Shown piece by piece: positions 1-13,085 of a stretch of 64,000 bases of DNA (position 1 is the first letter of the stretch; the number at the start of each line of letters is the position of its first letter). The position numbers were made by a program, and so were the translations under genes. Under the pieces are notes generated by a model. The model was not told the DNA's origin. It made no database searches and saw only the letters and a program-made list of their open reading frames with translations. Source of the DNA: Octopus vulgaris (lineage: Eukaryota); assembly GCA_951406725.2 (NCBI GenBank), contig OX597818.1, positions 96,410,001-96,474,000 on the forward strand, written 5' to 3'.

Positions 1-1094
1 TGAACACAGTTACATATCTAGGTTTTGTTAATCTACACCGTGACACATACTCAAGAGATTTAAAGTAGATTAACAAACCAATTAGCTCTAGATTTTTTTA
101 TTAATTTCAAGTCGGTTGCTATTTACATGATGGAGAGATAATCGCTAGATCAATTGAGTACAGGAGCTAGCAGTGAAATCACATGTAGTTAAAGGCTTTT
201 GCTAATACTGTTGTTAAATTTAGATTTCTTGTACTTCTTTAGTGTTACTGACAAGCTAACGTATGTTGCGATTTCTACCTATCAGGATTTATTGCCATGA
301 TATGGAACATTCAACGAGCTTCTCATGCTAATAAAAGAGCTTCTATGTTGTCAATTAGAAGCTAAATTATCTTACACTAAAAACAATCGTTTTTAGATAA
401 TTTATGTTTTGTTATGTGTCTGCTAGAACAGAGCTAAGAAATGTCCATCCCAAAACAACATCACAAACGACATAATCTCCCCTAACAGCAATAGCAACAT
501 ATTATCAAGAAGGAGAAAAAAGCCTTCTGTATTATATTATGTAACATTCCGTTAGAAATGATGTCTTTGTGTCACAAAATCGTTGCCAATTGATCCAATG
601 TTGAGCATTCTGTATAAAAAAGATCGAAAATTCCAAACCTCAGAAACTGAGATAACGAAAAATGGAAACCTTGAAAATTAGAAATTGTTTGGGGCTTTTC
701 AAAACAATGAACTTGTAAACAACAGGTAAAAAAAGTACATGAGGAAAAGAAAAGAAAAGCATGCATATAATACCTTATAGTTACATAAATTCCGATTAGT
801 TTTCCTCGGAAACATATATAGTAAATATCTACCTATTCTATTCCCTAGACCTACAAATATATTTTTTTGAGGATCATCCCGCAAGGTGGGAGGATGACCT
901 GCAAAAGAAAATTATCTTTTTCAATTTTTCCCTTTAAAAGGCATGCATTTCTAAGAATATTATGACAAATCAAATTCGGGAGAAGGTCAGAATTATCGAA
1001 ACTACACTCCACTAACTTTTTCTAAGATACCTCTGAAAATTTTCATTCGAAATTATGCACTTTTAAGAAGTTTATGAGAATACTTATCCTCACT

Positions 1095-1404
1095 GTTCTC
1101 GAGCCTATGGGTTCAGTCCCACCGCGTGACACCCTGAGCAAGTGGTTATAGCCCCGAGCTAACCAAAGCCTTGGATTGGACTTGTTAGATAGAAACTGAA
1201 AGTAGTTCATTGTGTGTGTGCGTATTTGTTCCCCCATCAACTCTTGAGAACCGGTGTTAGTTTGTTTACGTCCGATTACCAAAACTATTCAGCAAATGAC
1301 CGATAGAATAAGTACCAAGCTATAAAAAATAAAACATAAGTACTGGTAGCAATGTGTTGGACTAAATTCCTTCAAAGCAGTGACCTCGCATAGCTGCAGT
1401 CTAA
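1095..1404 (+). mobile_element. SINE family A (tRNA-headed), degenerate copy
   Basis: Contains gggttcagtcccaccgcgtgacaccctgagcaagtg ... gaccgatagaataagtacc ... gcagtctaa. Colinear with the intact copies at 49891 and 58063. Confidence 0.75.
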
Positions 1405-1468
1405 TTATATATATATATAAGTTTATGAAAGAATGGAGTTGAACGACTTGTTAACAAATTTCCTTTAT

Positions 1469-1549
1469 TTTCGACATATGTTTCGAAGGCTGCATATTTC
1501 TAATTCCGAAGGAATAAGGAGTACATTATGCAGATTTCTCATCAGGAAA
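1469..1549 (-). ncRNA. Minimal type I hammerhead ribozyme, intact core
   Basis: Minus strand: tttc CTGATGA gaa..ctgcata..tatgcag..ttc GAAA catatg TC gaaa. Helix I tttc/gaaa, palindromic ACATATGT helix III, GUC site. Confidence 0.88.
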
Positions 1550-2104
1550 GTCAAGGAACTTATGTCGACATCAAAATGCACAAAAAGCTTTTAGCTGACT
1601 GCTCTCAAGGAGCCCATGGCGATAATGAGTGTCTGTTTATAAGGAGTGACGTCAGAGTTGCTGAATGTAGAAGAATCTAGAAGGATCTAAACGTTCAAGA
1701 GTTCAAACGAAGAGGAGGGAGGCATAAGAATAGTAAGTTGAGAGGGTGCAGGTCAAAAGAATGGTGGGTTTAATTGATTTCTTTTATGAATGAGTGCCTG
1801 TGCGTGTGACTGTATATAACTGTAATAATGTGTGTATGTGTGTGTGTGAATGCGTGATTGTGTTTGTGGATGGGTAGATGTCAGAAAACTGACAGCTGTG
1901 AGGTGAGAGGTCTGTGTATGTGTGTTCGATTGTGTTTGCTGTAGAGAAAGGGAAGTAGAGAGAGAAAGGGAGGAAGAGTTGGGCGAGGTGAGAGGCAACG
2001 CTGGAATGGGTAGTAGTTCTTGGAATTATAAGAAAATCTTTTGACTATTGGGGTGAAATATAACAAAACTTTTTTGGAAATCGAGGGGTTATCTATATTA
2101 GTCA

Positions 2105-2407
2105 CTATTCATATGAGCGAAAGGTGTGTCGTTTCCAGTGTAAACACCTGTACGACCTTTCGACGATTGTATTTATTAAAGGGACTTTGGCGAACAAAAT
2201 ATGAAAAAGTTCGGAATTACAGATGCCACAAAATTTTCTGCCCTTATCAAACGGGAAGGACACCGACAAAATGGACCATTCCAGCTTGAAAGTAGTATTA
2301 TTGTTCTTCAGACGCCAGACTAATTTGCTTAGCCCCGTGCTGTGTTGCTTTCTCTTATCTCTGAGGTATCGGTTATCTTTCGAATTATCCTTAATAAGAT
2401 AATTCAT
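2105..2407 (-). pseudogene. PLE GIY-YIG endonuclease C-terminal remnant
   Basis: Motif match as above. 5'-truncated at a (TA)n tract, and no RT is present. Confidence 0.75.
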
Positions 2408-2416
2408 TCAACTACT

Positions 2417-2480
<64 letters not shown>

Positions 2481-2572
2481 TTGAGGGAATATTAATCCTA
2501 ACTTACAGGGAAAAAATTCAATTTAGAAATACTAAATCAAATTTCACACAATATAATATATATTCTTTTATT

Positions 2573-2610
2573 CTTTTATATGTTTCAGCCCTGAGGCTGT
2601 GGTCACATAG
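2573..2610 (-). ncRNA. Hammerhead-like motif with G3-C8 core variant, partly decayed
   Basis: ctat GTGACCA c agcc tcag ggct GAAA cata TA aaag. Helix I has one mismatch and the helix III palindrome is imperfect. Confidence 0.5.
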
Positions 2611-2914
2611 GTATCTGCTTTTGAAGATAGATTTGTTTATTTGGCCACGCAGGGCCGAACACAGAGGGGATAATACAATGTAGAATTTTTCTTTTCAAAA
2701 TCAATCAATAGAGGTCCAAAACGTTTTGGGATGTGTACAAAAAGAGATAACAAGGTAGCGTTTTAACAACAGAAATTCCCAAAAGGGGTGGAGAAATATA
2801 ATACTGACTAGGATTATCCGTGGAAGCAAAAACCTACCAAAAAAACACCACGGTAACCTCGGAATATATATATATACACACACACATACACACACACACA
2901 CACATACATATATA

Positions 2915-3254
2915 GTGAAGGCGCATGGCTCAGTGATTAGAGCGTCGAGCTTACGATCGCGAGGTTGTGAGTTTGAATCCTGGAGCGGGCTGCATGTTGT
3001 GTTCTTGAGCAAGGTACTTTATTTCACGTTGCTCCAGTTCACTCAGCTGTAGAAATGAGTTGCGACGTCAATGGTGCCAAGCTGTATCGGACTTTGCCTT
3101 TCCCTTGGATAGCACTGGTGGTGTGGAGAAGGGAGACCGGTATGCATGGGCGACTGCTGGTCTTCCATAAACAACCTTTGCCCGGACTTGTGCCTGGGAG
3201 GGTAACTTTCTAGGTGCAATCCCATGGTCAGTCATGACCGAAGGGAGTCTCAGC
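2915..3254 (+). mobile_element. SINE family C (tRNA-headed), full length, in a (TA)/(CA) tract
   Basis: A box tggctcagtgattag, B box gtttgaatcc, and a cttgagcaagg...cactcagctg central domain typical of invertebrate SINEs. Confidence 0.85.
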
Positions 3255-3255
3255 A

Positions 3256-3294
<39 letters not shown>

Positions 3295-3469
3295 AATATA
3301 CACTCACATTTAGTGAAATACCCCATCTTATGATTTCGGAATCCAAAATTCAAGAAAGGATCCAAAAAGTTTGTAATATAGAAGATATTAAACTACTGAG
3401 AAAACAATACCTTAAGAGCTGCAATTACGTTTCTCAATGAAAATCAAGTTCGCCTCATTGCATTTCTAC

Positions 3470-3671
3470 TGGTTTCAAACTTTGGCACAAAGCCAGCAAT
3501 TTCGGTCGAGGGTATAAGTCGTTCGATCCCATTGATCAAGTGATACTTATTTGATCGACTCTAATTGGATGAAAGGCAAAGTCAACCTCGGCGGAATTTG
3601 AACTCAGAGCGCAAAGAAGAACTAAATGCCGCTAGGCTTTTTAACCAGTTTGCCAACGACTCTGCCGCCTT
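3470..3671 (-). mobile_element. SINE family B
   Basis: Reverse complement of ggcggcagagtcgttggc...ctgagttcaaattccgccgaggttgactttgcctttcatcc. Same family as 19339. Confidence 0.8.
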
Positions 3672-4623
3672 TAGCATTGCATTTACATCAACTGCAATGG
3701 CATGATTTAGAAGATTTACAGTCGAAAAGGAAACAGAAGGAAGGAAGAAAAGCAAAGACAGAAGTATGTGGTGTAAGATAAAGTAAAAAATACAACACGT
3801 TATGTTTAGAAAAATATGTTGAAAGATCGGTTACATTTACTTCTAAATTTTAATTAATTGAACAATGCTATTGTTTAAATAAACAAATCGATTTGTCGCT
3901 GATTAGCTAAAGCATATAAAGCAACATTGTTTTTAAAGAAAACTATTTTCTATTACAATTGAAAGATCCTGCAAACCGACAGTATAATTGATATCTAAAA
4001 CCATGTCGTTTGTTTAAATAATGTGTAAATAAACGTGTAGATAAATATATTTGCGTCGGTGAAAAACGTAAAGCGTACTGATTAATATTTATTTGCGAGC
4101 ATTTATTAATTGAGATCCGGATTAGATTAATTCGAAGGCGTTAAATTAATTGAAATTTATATTAGCATAAATCGAAGGGGTATTCGCAAATTTGGCAGGC
4201 TCTATTTAAATCAACAATTGTAAAAACCGGGGGAAAATTTAAGGAAACGAAAAATAAATAGTCATTTTGAAATATGATTTTACAGTTCATATAATTAGAA
4301 TAATTAATATAAATCCAGGATAGGGAATAAAATTCACTATATAGGGATAAAACAAACAGTTCTCAAAGTTGAAATCAATTTTCGTCTGCTACAGATTAAA
4401 TTTATGTGGTTTGAAGACTGTACGTCTATGAGAGAATACCACACTTAATTAGGTATTCTAGGATATATCTGCTTTGAATATGATACAGAGATTGCGATTT
4501 TAAAGTAATACTGCTTCTGTTGCACATAGTGAAAGCATACATATATATGGCCATACATATACACGTATATATGTATTTATATACGCACGTATGTGCTTTA
4601 TAAATATATATATGCGTACATAT

Positions 4624-4662
<39 letters not shown>

Positions 4663-4978
4663 TCTTTTCTTTTTGTTGGTCTAGTTATTTATCAGTTTGT
4701 CCTTCTATTATTCTGTCGCGTATGTCCATGCATTTATTGTATGCGGCAGTAAGTCTTTATCACTGCTAGCAATTCTATTTATAATACATCGATTTTTGCC
4801 AATAAGAAATAATTAATTCTTTTAATTAAAGTAACTTTCTCCGTTTTCATTATTTTGTTTTTCTCAATCACATTCTGTCTTACAGCAATATCTGCCTTGT
4901 TTGATATTCAGTCTGATTATTTTTGCAGCTCTGCCTCTACTTTCTCTCCCATTTACTCTTCTTTTCTCCCTTCTTTTC

Positions 4979-5052
<74 letters not shown>

Positions 5053-5342
5053 CACACACACATATATATACATATGCATATGCATATATACATATATGTG
5101 TGTGTATGCATACATGCAGACACACACACACACGCATACACACACACACGCAGACACTCATACTGCTTTCTCGCTCTCTTTTTCACCACAACTGTCAATT
5201 TGTCAATTGTTTATATTCACACATACACACACACATACACGTAGATAAATACATATATAGATAGAAATATATATTTATATTTATATGTGTGTGTTGTTAT
5301 ATATAATGTGTATATGTGTATATGTATATGTGCGCTTCTATA

Positions 5343-5397
<55 letters not shown>

Positions 5398-5967
5398 GTG
5401 AAGGTATGTACATATACATACATACATGGGTGCGTGTATCCATACGCTTAGCCATGCGTTCGTTTGTCTGTTTATGAAAAACAATATGAAAAAATAGCAA
5501 CTGTAACATTATACTGTACAGAGAATTGTTAAGACGAAATGCACACAAAATATATCTCATAAACGTCTTCAACATAGTTTTTAAGAATAGCTATTTTGTA
5601 AACATCACTCATTATTCGACTTTTGTTAGTCCATAAACTGGCTGTCTCTATCAGACACAGTAATCTATAAACTATAGATAGCTTGTAGTTTTATTCAAAG
5701 CCATCTGTTTTCCTTTTATTCCGTTTCTTTCCAACAATGGTAGATTATTAAATATAAAATATTAGACACATGCTCTCTGTTTGAGAATTTTAGGAAAAAA
5801 ATGCATAAAATACTTTCTCTTTTAGTTGAAATTGGTTAAAGTACTATTTTTATACTGTTTTCTCTTTTGTTCTTTTTGTTTTTCATTTGTTGGTGTTTTT
5901 GTTTTTGTTATTGTTTAACCCCAGGCCAATTCTAAATCGAGCAGCCTTTTCAGCAGTGACTATTAAA

Positions 5968-6408
5968 ACTTTTATTTTTTTACTTGTCTCAGTCATCGGA
6001 CTGCAGTCATGTTGGGGCACCGCCTTGGAAAACAAGTCGACCCCAATGCTCATTTTATGCCTGGGACTTAATCTGTCGGTTCTTCCCCGAGAACCGTTAA
6101 GTTATAGGGACAAGAAACCAAGACAAGTTGTCAAGTGCTGTGGTAAGGAAGTCAATGACTTTCATTTGTATAGATAAGTATGTACAGATATTCTCACACT
6201 CGCACATACACACATACACACACCCACACACGCACACACACACACACATACACACACACGCGGACACACACACACATCTAGTCACAAGGCATTGAGACGA
6301 CCGGAAGCTGTAGTAGAATACACTTGCCTAAGTTGTTGCACAGTGGGACTGAACCAGAAACAGTGTGGGTGGAAGCAAGCTTCTTACCAGAGAGCCAATT
6401 CTGCGTCC
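5968..6408 (-). mobile_element. SINE family A, degenerate
   Basis: Tail ttacttgtctcagtcatcggactgc, internal (CA)n, head cagtgggactgaacc...ctgcgtcc. Confidence 0.8.
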
Positions 6409-6599
6409 ATAGCTTCTTACTTCTTCCGCTGTATCTTTATTTATTGAAGAAATTGAAGAGCTAAAGTTATTTCTAAATGTTTCTGTCGCATATGGACACT
6501 CACTATTCGTTTCCTTATGTGTGTGTGAGCGAATGTGTGTATAGTTCTTTAGCTTTGGTTCGTTTTCAATTCATTAGCTTAGTAATGTATCTGTTTGTC

Positions 6600-7020
6600 T
6601 TTAGTTTTAGCTTTGTTAGTTCAAGGTCAAGTTTCGTAGATTCAAATACTATAGTAGTTGATCAATGTTCTAATCTTGTTGCTTCAGGTATTAATTTCAT
6701 TGAATAACAGATATTTTAAAACACCCGTTTCTGTTGTTCAAGCACTAATTCCTTTGGTTAAAAAACAAAACTAGTTCGATAGTTTCAAAAATTAGCTTTG
6801 TTTGTTCTCGTATTAACTTCGTTGGTTCAAACACCAGTTTTGTTGACTCAAGTAGATGTTTCGTTGTTCCAAATACCAGATTTGGTGGCCCAAGTACATA
6901 CTTCACTGAGTCAAGAACCAGCTTCGTTGATTCAAGTGTTAGTTTCATTGGTTTAAATACCATCTCCATTGGTTCAAGTACAATCTTCGGCGGTTCAAGT
7001 TCCAATTTCGTTGATTCAAC
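6600..7020. repeat. Degenerate 21-bp minisatellite (approximately ttcgttgattcaagtaccagc)
   Basis: gttg(a/g)ttcaa recurs about every 21 nt and produces the heptad pattern of ORF 6745-7005(-). Confidence 0.75.
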
Positions 7021-8459
7021 AGCAGCAGCAGCAGCAGCAACAACAACAACAACAGTGATAATAACATCAACAGTGAGCGTTAATCTAAATGAACTATGTA
7101 TTAATCATATAAAAAGAGTTCAAATAAAACTATCCCATAAGTCTTCATGGGTCATTGTATTACTATGAAATATTTTGTCTTCAAAGTTAAGGGAAAATTA
7201 AGGAAAATCAGAAATATTTGTCCGAGTGTGTAAGTAAAATGAAATGGTCCATCTGTAATTAGAATCTATTCTTATAACTGCTTTACGGTTTTCGATACGT
7301 AGTCTCCTCATTGGTGTAAGAGAAATTCAAGCTTTGGGATAGCGCTTAAATAAGTGCTACAGAATGGTACATGATGTTAGAATAAATGACAAAGATATTT
7401 GCCTTGTTCAATAATAAATGCCTAGAATAGACGAGAAATATTTTGTGAATAGCCATCAAATTGTATGACCAGTTTACAATTATATTTGAGAAATCGTATT
7501 TTATGACAGACACAAAAAAAGGTGAATAAAGAAATGGAAAAATATAAATAGAATTAGAGAAGGAAGTGAATTAGAGAAGCTTTGAAGAAAGGAAACTTCA
7601 ACAATGAATGATCAAAATGCGGAGATGACAGAGCAACATACTTTGTGAGACACAATGGAACTGGAACTCCATTGTATCACTATATTCAGCTCTATTTATA
7701 AACATATAGCTCGCGGAAGTATTTTCTAATGGCTATGGTATACACACACATTGTTTAATGTATACAATATATAATCATGAGCTACTAGTAGTTTCATACA
7801 TTGAAGATATCATCTAAGCAGGTTTTAAAATACACCTAGGGTCTCCAAGTAATCTGCAGGCTCTGGGCACATGGTCTATACAAGTTAGAAATCAGGGCAA
7901 TAGAACTAGAGAAATCCTGAGAAAAAACGAGAAGAAGGTGAGCTCAAGAAGTGGAATGAATAAAAAAAAGACGGAAAAAGTAAGGAAAAAAGAAAAAGGG
8001 AACTAGAGCTACGTCCCTTTTAACCGTAGAGCCGTGTGGCTAGATGGTGTAGAATCCAACGGAATGAGTCGAAAGTTTCCGATACTTCTGCTCAATCCGG
8101 AGAGGGTGGTATTCTCTAATTCACCAATAGAAACTTGTCCAGGTGTTTCCATTTGCCGAAAATTTCTGTTCTAAAATTCAGGAATGTGGTGGAATTCTTA
8201 GATCTATTAAGGAAATACGATCTTTCGGTGACGCACAAATTGCATGTTTTATCCATTAATATATGATATAGATTTTTCTACGGTTATGAGACGTGGTGTT
8301 GGTCTTCAGACATAGCTACGCTAACCATATATCTTCTATTAGTAGCTCATATTTTTATACCATGTACATTAAACAATATTTCAATATTTATCACTCACCA
8401 AATGGAGTACTTATTTGTTGATTTTACTTTAACGAGAAAGTAAATTATATATACTATAA

Positions 8460-8583
8460 ATTGCTTCCCGGCTGCATGGTTCTGGGCTCAGTCCACAGCG
8501 TGGACCCTTGGTCAAATATCTTCTACTATAGCCTCGGACCGATCCAAACTTTGTACATATAATTTCCGTCTGCCAAATCCACT

Positions 8584-8632
<49 letters not shown>

Positions 8633-8845
8633 ATTTATGTGAGTTTCTTTGTGTCTGTGTTTGTCACTCATCACTACCTGCCAACCAGTATTAGTCTATA
8701 TTCCTGTAATCTAGCGGTTCGGCAAAAGGAGTCGACAGAATAAGTGCCAGCCATGAAAAGAAAGTTCTGTGATCGGTTCATTCGACTAAAATTCTTCAAG
8801 GCAGTACCCCTGCATGGCCGCAGTCTAAGGTAAAAGATAAAAGAT
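8460..8845 (+). mobile_element. SINE family A with an internal micro-inversion
   Basis: Colinear with the family except 8563-8583 (tttccgtctgccaaatccact), which is the reverse complement of the normal agtggatttggtagacggaaa. Confidence 0.8.
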
Positions 8846-8858
8846 TTTCTTTTATTCC

Positions 8859-8892
8859 TTTCTGTCGAAGAGCTTAGGCTCGAAACGTAAAA
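8859..8892 (+). ncRNA. Minimal hammerhead-like motif (A6U variant) in a short repeat also present at 30240-30412
   Basis: ttt CTGTCGA a gagc ttag gctc GAAA cg TA aaa, with an ACGT palindrome. Downstream flank shared with 30301-30412. Confidence 0.55.
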
Positions 8893-9224
8893 TACTTTTT
8901 CATTTTCCGGAGCGTGAAACTAATACACCAATCTTCGTCTTTTATTTTTCTATAAATTTCAACTATATATTATGCCGATGAAGGAAATGAATATGTATAA
9001 TTCTAATCCAAAAACGCGTCAATAATTAATTGTAGACTGTTTGATTTCGTTATTTTTTCTTCTCTTTGCCTATGTAAGTTACAAATATTGTTGTCTGTAG
9101 AGTCATATTTGTAGTTAAAAGAATTAGCTGTCTTTTGGCTGCTATTTCAAAATTTTCGGTATGTGATGAAGCAACTTGTTGCTAAACTCTTAATTATATT
9201 TGTAATTATATATATATATATATA

Positions 9225-9347
9225 TATCACAGTGATCACCGTGACCGACCAGGCTATCAGATGTTGCTACACATCGCTGGTCACAATGCGCTTCTCATTG
9301 TTTTAGCCTTCAAATGACGCCACGCCGATGGCTAAGCGAGCAGGCCA

Positions 9348-9348
<1 letters not shown>
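9225..9348. repeat. Short interspersed repeat fragment in (TA)n; second fragment at 21655-21705
   Basis: cgtgaccgaccaggctatcagatgttgctacacatcgctggtca versus cgtgaccgattaggcaatcagactttgttatacattgctggtca. Confidence 0.6.
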
Positions 9349-9413
<65 letters not shown>

Positions 9414-9704
9414 GTATATATATCATTTACACACACAGAGTGAGTGAGAGAGAGAGTGCGAGTGAGAGAGAGCGAGTGAGAGAGAGAGAGAGAAAGTGAG
9501 AGGTAGGGCGAAAGAGCGAGTGAGAGTGAGAGGAGGTGGAGAGTGTGGAGTGAAATTATTTCAAAAGCATTGATTTTTCATTTCAAAACAATACGGAGAG
9601 CAAGAATATGGCGAAACATACCCAACGTAGCAGACGATTAGCAAACAGATGACAATGGTAATCATTTAGCTGTTACAATACCTGTTACATATATTTATTT
9701 ATTT

Positions 9705-10068
9705 ATTGCCGACAGAGGGCAAACAAGAACAAAGGGATGAAATCGATTACATCGACCTCAGTGCGTAACTGGTACTTATTTAATTGACCCCGAAAGTATG
9801 AAAGGCAAAGTCGATCTCGGTGGAATTTGAACTCAGAACATAACGGCAGACGAAATACCTATTTCTTTATTACCCACAAGGGGCTAAACACAGAGGGGAC
9901 AAACAAGTACAGACATAGGTATTAAATCGATTACATCGACCCAGTACGTAACTGGTACTTAATTTATCGACCCCGAAAGGATGAAAGGCAAAGTCGACCT
10001 CAGCGGAATTTGAACTCACAACGTAACGGCATTTCGCCCGGCATACTAACGATTCTGCCAGCTCGCCG
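9705..10068 (-). mobile_element. SINE family B, internally duplicated form
   Basis: Two successive aactggtactta..tcgaccccgaaaggatgaaaggcaaagtcgacctc blocks. Head gccagctcgccg at the right end. Confidence 0.85.
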
Positions 10069-10199
10069 TCGTACATGTTACATATATTGATTAAGAATGA
10101 ATGTGAGAGGTAGCTATACGTGGCCACACACCTTGACAGAAAAAATAACCAAATCTTCCTCAAATTACAATATGTTTGATACCTGTTAAAAATCTAAAC

Positions 10200-10560
10200 A
10201 GCCACCAACTTGAAGCACAACCTGCCAAATATTGTTCTGTGCAACCAAACGGAAAATTTATGTTCTATTGAGGAAATCAGCTGCTACCTGAACATCAATG
10301 TGGTTAGAGAAATAAGGAAGAAAGAAAACATGTATGGCCCATTGGAAATGAATTTGAAAATGCAGGACCCATGATACACTTTCAGCTTCATACCTATTAT
10401 TGTTCGAGCAACAGGATACATACCAATCCGTCTGGAGCAAAGTATGAACTTGGGATACTGAGAAGAGGGCGCAAATGTGTAATCCATACGCTGGAAATGA
10501 CCGCGAATCTGGGAGCATAGAAATGTGCAAAACTTCCTTAAGATTTAAAGGACGATGGTT
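10200..10560 (+). mobile_element. R4/Dong-type non-LTR retrotransposon, restriction-like endonuclease remnant
   Basis: Translates HNLPNIVLCNQTENLCSIEEISCYLNINVVREIRKKENMYGPL...YTFSFIPIIVRATGYIP. Confidence 0.7.
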
Positions 10561-10698
10561 AAATCAAGATTCTTTCCTTCATAACCTTGCTATCAAGTAT
10601 GTGGCAGGTGAAAACATATTCATAGTAAAAAAAAAGTAAGAGGACATACATACATACATGCATGCATACATACATACATACATACATACATACATACA

Positions 10699-10729
<31 letters not shown>

Positions 10730-10934
10730 GCATATATACATGCACGATTGTTCAGTTATATACTATACACATGCAATTACATCTTGCTTTCGGGAACAGC
10801 TGAGAAAAGAGAAGGTGGCTGAGAACTAAAGAATGTTACGACAGTAAAAAGCAAGAAGCGAAAGAGAGATAGAGAGGCAGAAAGTTTGATAGATGTTTTT
10901 GCATGTGGGAAGAGGGAGAGAGAAAGAAAAGTAG

Positions 10935-11016
<82 letters not shown>

Positions 11017-11264
11017 CTATTGCCATCAATGAGGCTATTTACATTAGCTATCTTTCGAACCGAAAACTAACCCGAGACACGAATTTATAATAGATGTCGC
11101 TTTTAAGAGTAATCGATTCAGTTAAATATTTTCTGAGTATTCGGTTTCCGTCATCATGGCATTATGAATTAAATCAGCTAATGGCTGAACACTACAATTG
11201 AATAGTATGTTTTTTTTCTCCATATACATAGCAAATGAATGATATACATCAATTAAGCAGACAC

Positions 11265-11623
<359 letters not shown>

Positions 11624-11649
11624 CATCATCATCATTATTACTATTATTA

Positions 11650-12646
11650 TTATTTCATTTATTGGCACTAGGGCTGCAAAATAGGGGACAATACAGTAGA
11701 TGTGGATAGTGGTCAGTAGTAAAGTCCTTTAACTCTTTGCACTTTTACCAGTTAGGGGCAGCAAACTCGAAAATGAGTAGGTTCTTCACAAACGAAACAG
11801 TGCGGCCTTTTGCCCTCAGTCATTATGTTCTGGAGACGGATGTAGTTCGGGATTTTTTTTATGTTTTCAGGCCTGATCAGGAGAAATATCTCTAGGTCAG
11901 ACCCGGACGAGTCCCCCCTGGCATATCTTGCCACCTCTATTGGGACGGTAACCGTCCCTTCCACAATTACGCATCTCAGAAGCTACCACATGTCAAGTCT
12001 TGGTGGGATCCTAGGAATGCGGACGTGTGCTGTACGTTTCCCCATGTGAGAGGGGCACATAATGATTTTGCTGGTCTTTCAAGGTGTCATTAAATGTTTC
12101 AAAGCGAGGGCTTCTGACTTAAACAGCACTGAAATGGTGTCGTATTGTTTGCTCCTCGCAATGTACTCGATGTCATCTCTGATGCACTTCAGCGCCGCTT
12201 CAGTATCTACTTGGGCTATTAAAGCTGCTCTTTTTGTCTCTGCTGAGATGCATCTGAAAAGCACCGTTCTTTTCTCCACTCCTTCAATTGCCTGTGACGG
12301 AATAGTTAAGTTGACCCAGGTTTGTTCTTGTTTAATCAGTTTCCATGTCTAGGTCAACATTTCATCTCTATCTCTGAGGTCCACGGTAAATCGTAGCTTC
12401 TTTTCGCTACTGGTGCCGCGAACGTGCTTTTGTTGTTGGTAATATTCTCGTTGTTGTTGTTGTTGTTAATGCTGCTGTTGCTGCTGCTACTGCTGCTACT
12501 ACTGCTGCTGCCATTGTTGTCATCTTTGTCCTTGTTGATGTTGTTGGTGTTGGTTTTGTTGCTACTGCTATCATAACTTTTGTCGTTGTTGTTGCCATCG
12601 CTGCTGCCGCTACTGTTGCTGTCTCTTTCATTGTTGTTGTTGTTGT

Positions 12647-12701
<55 letters not shown>

Positions 12702-12910
12702 GCAGCTGCTGCTACTACTACTGCTACTACTACTGCTGCTGCTGCCCCTGCAGCTGTCACTGTTGCTGCTACTGCTGTTGTCACTGCTACCGCTGTTGCT
12801 GTTACTACTACTACTACTGTTAATACGAGGTGGACTTTCTACTGCTCCAGTCTCGTTTTTCTTCTCCCCTTTTCCTGTACTGTTGCCAGTAACGTAGGGA
12901 AGTAACGTCA
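11650..12910 (-). mobile_element. Gag/ORF1-like retroelement remnant with CCHC zinc knuckle, ending in AATAAA and a (TAA)n-type tail
   Basis: ORF 11752-11964 ends RPHCFVCEEPTHFRVCCP (Cx2Cx4Hx4C). Frameshifted upstream pieces at 12079-12279 and 12354-12911. Confidence 0.65.
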
Positions 12911-12931
12911 ATGCTCTCTCTCTCTCTCCCC

Positions 12932-13009
<78 letters not shown>

Positions 13010-13054
13010 AAGAAGAAGAAGAAGAAGAAGGAGAAGAAGAAGAAGAAGAAGAAG

Positions 13055-13085
<31 letters not shown>

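Larger units (their letters stand above)
1420..2420 (-). mobile_element. Penelope-like element (PLE) 3' fragment: GIY-YIG endonuclease C-terminus plus pseudo-LTR with hammerhead, between (TA)n tracts
   Basis: ORF 2105-2407(-) reads HSTGLSKLVWRLK...LEWSIL...KFCGICNSELFHI...LIN...CLH, matching the T.LSK.IW.LK / W.I / C.LC..E / LN / C.H tail of PLE GIY-YIG domains. A hammerhead follows on the same strand. Confidence 0.8.

Noticed and set aside
2915-2995. tRNA gene-like A/B boxes (also 19935, 36771 and SINE A heads)
   Set aside because: No complete cloverleaf; each continues into a SINE body.
6600-7020. CRISPR-like periodicity
   Set aside because: Contiguous tandem units without unique spacers; eukaryotic context and no cas genes.
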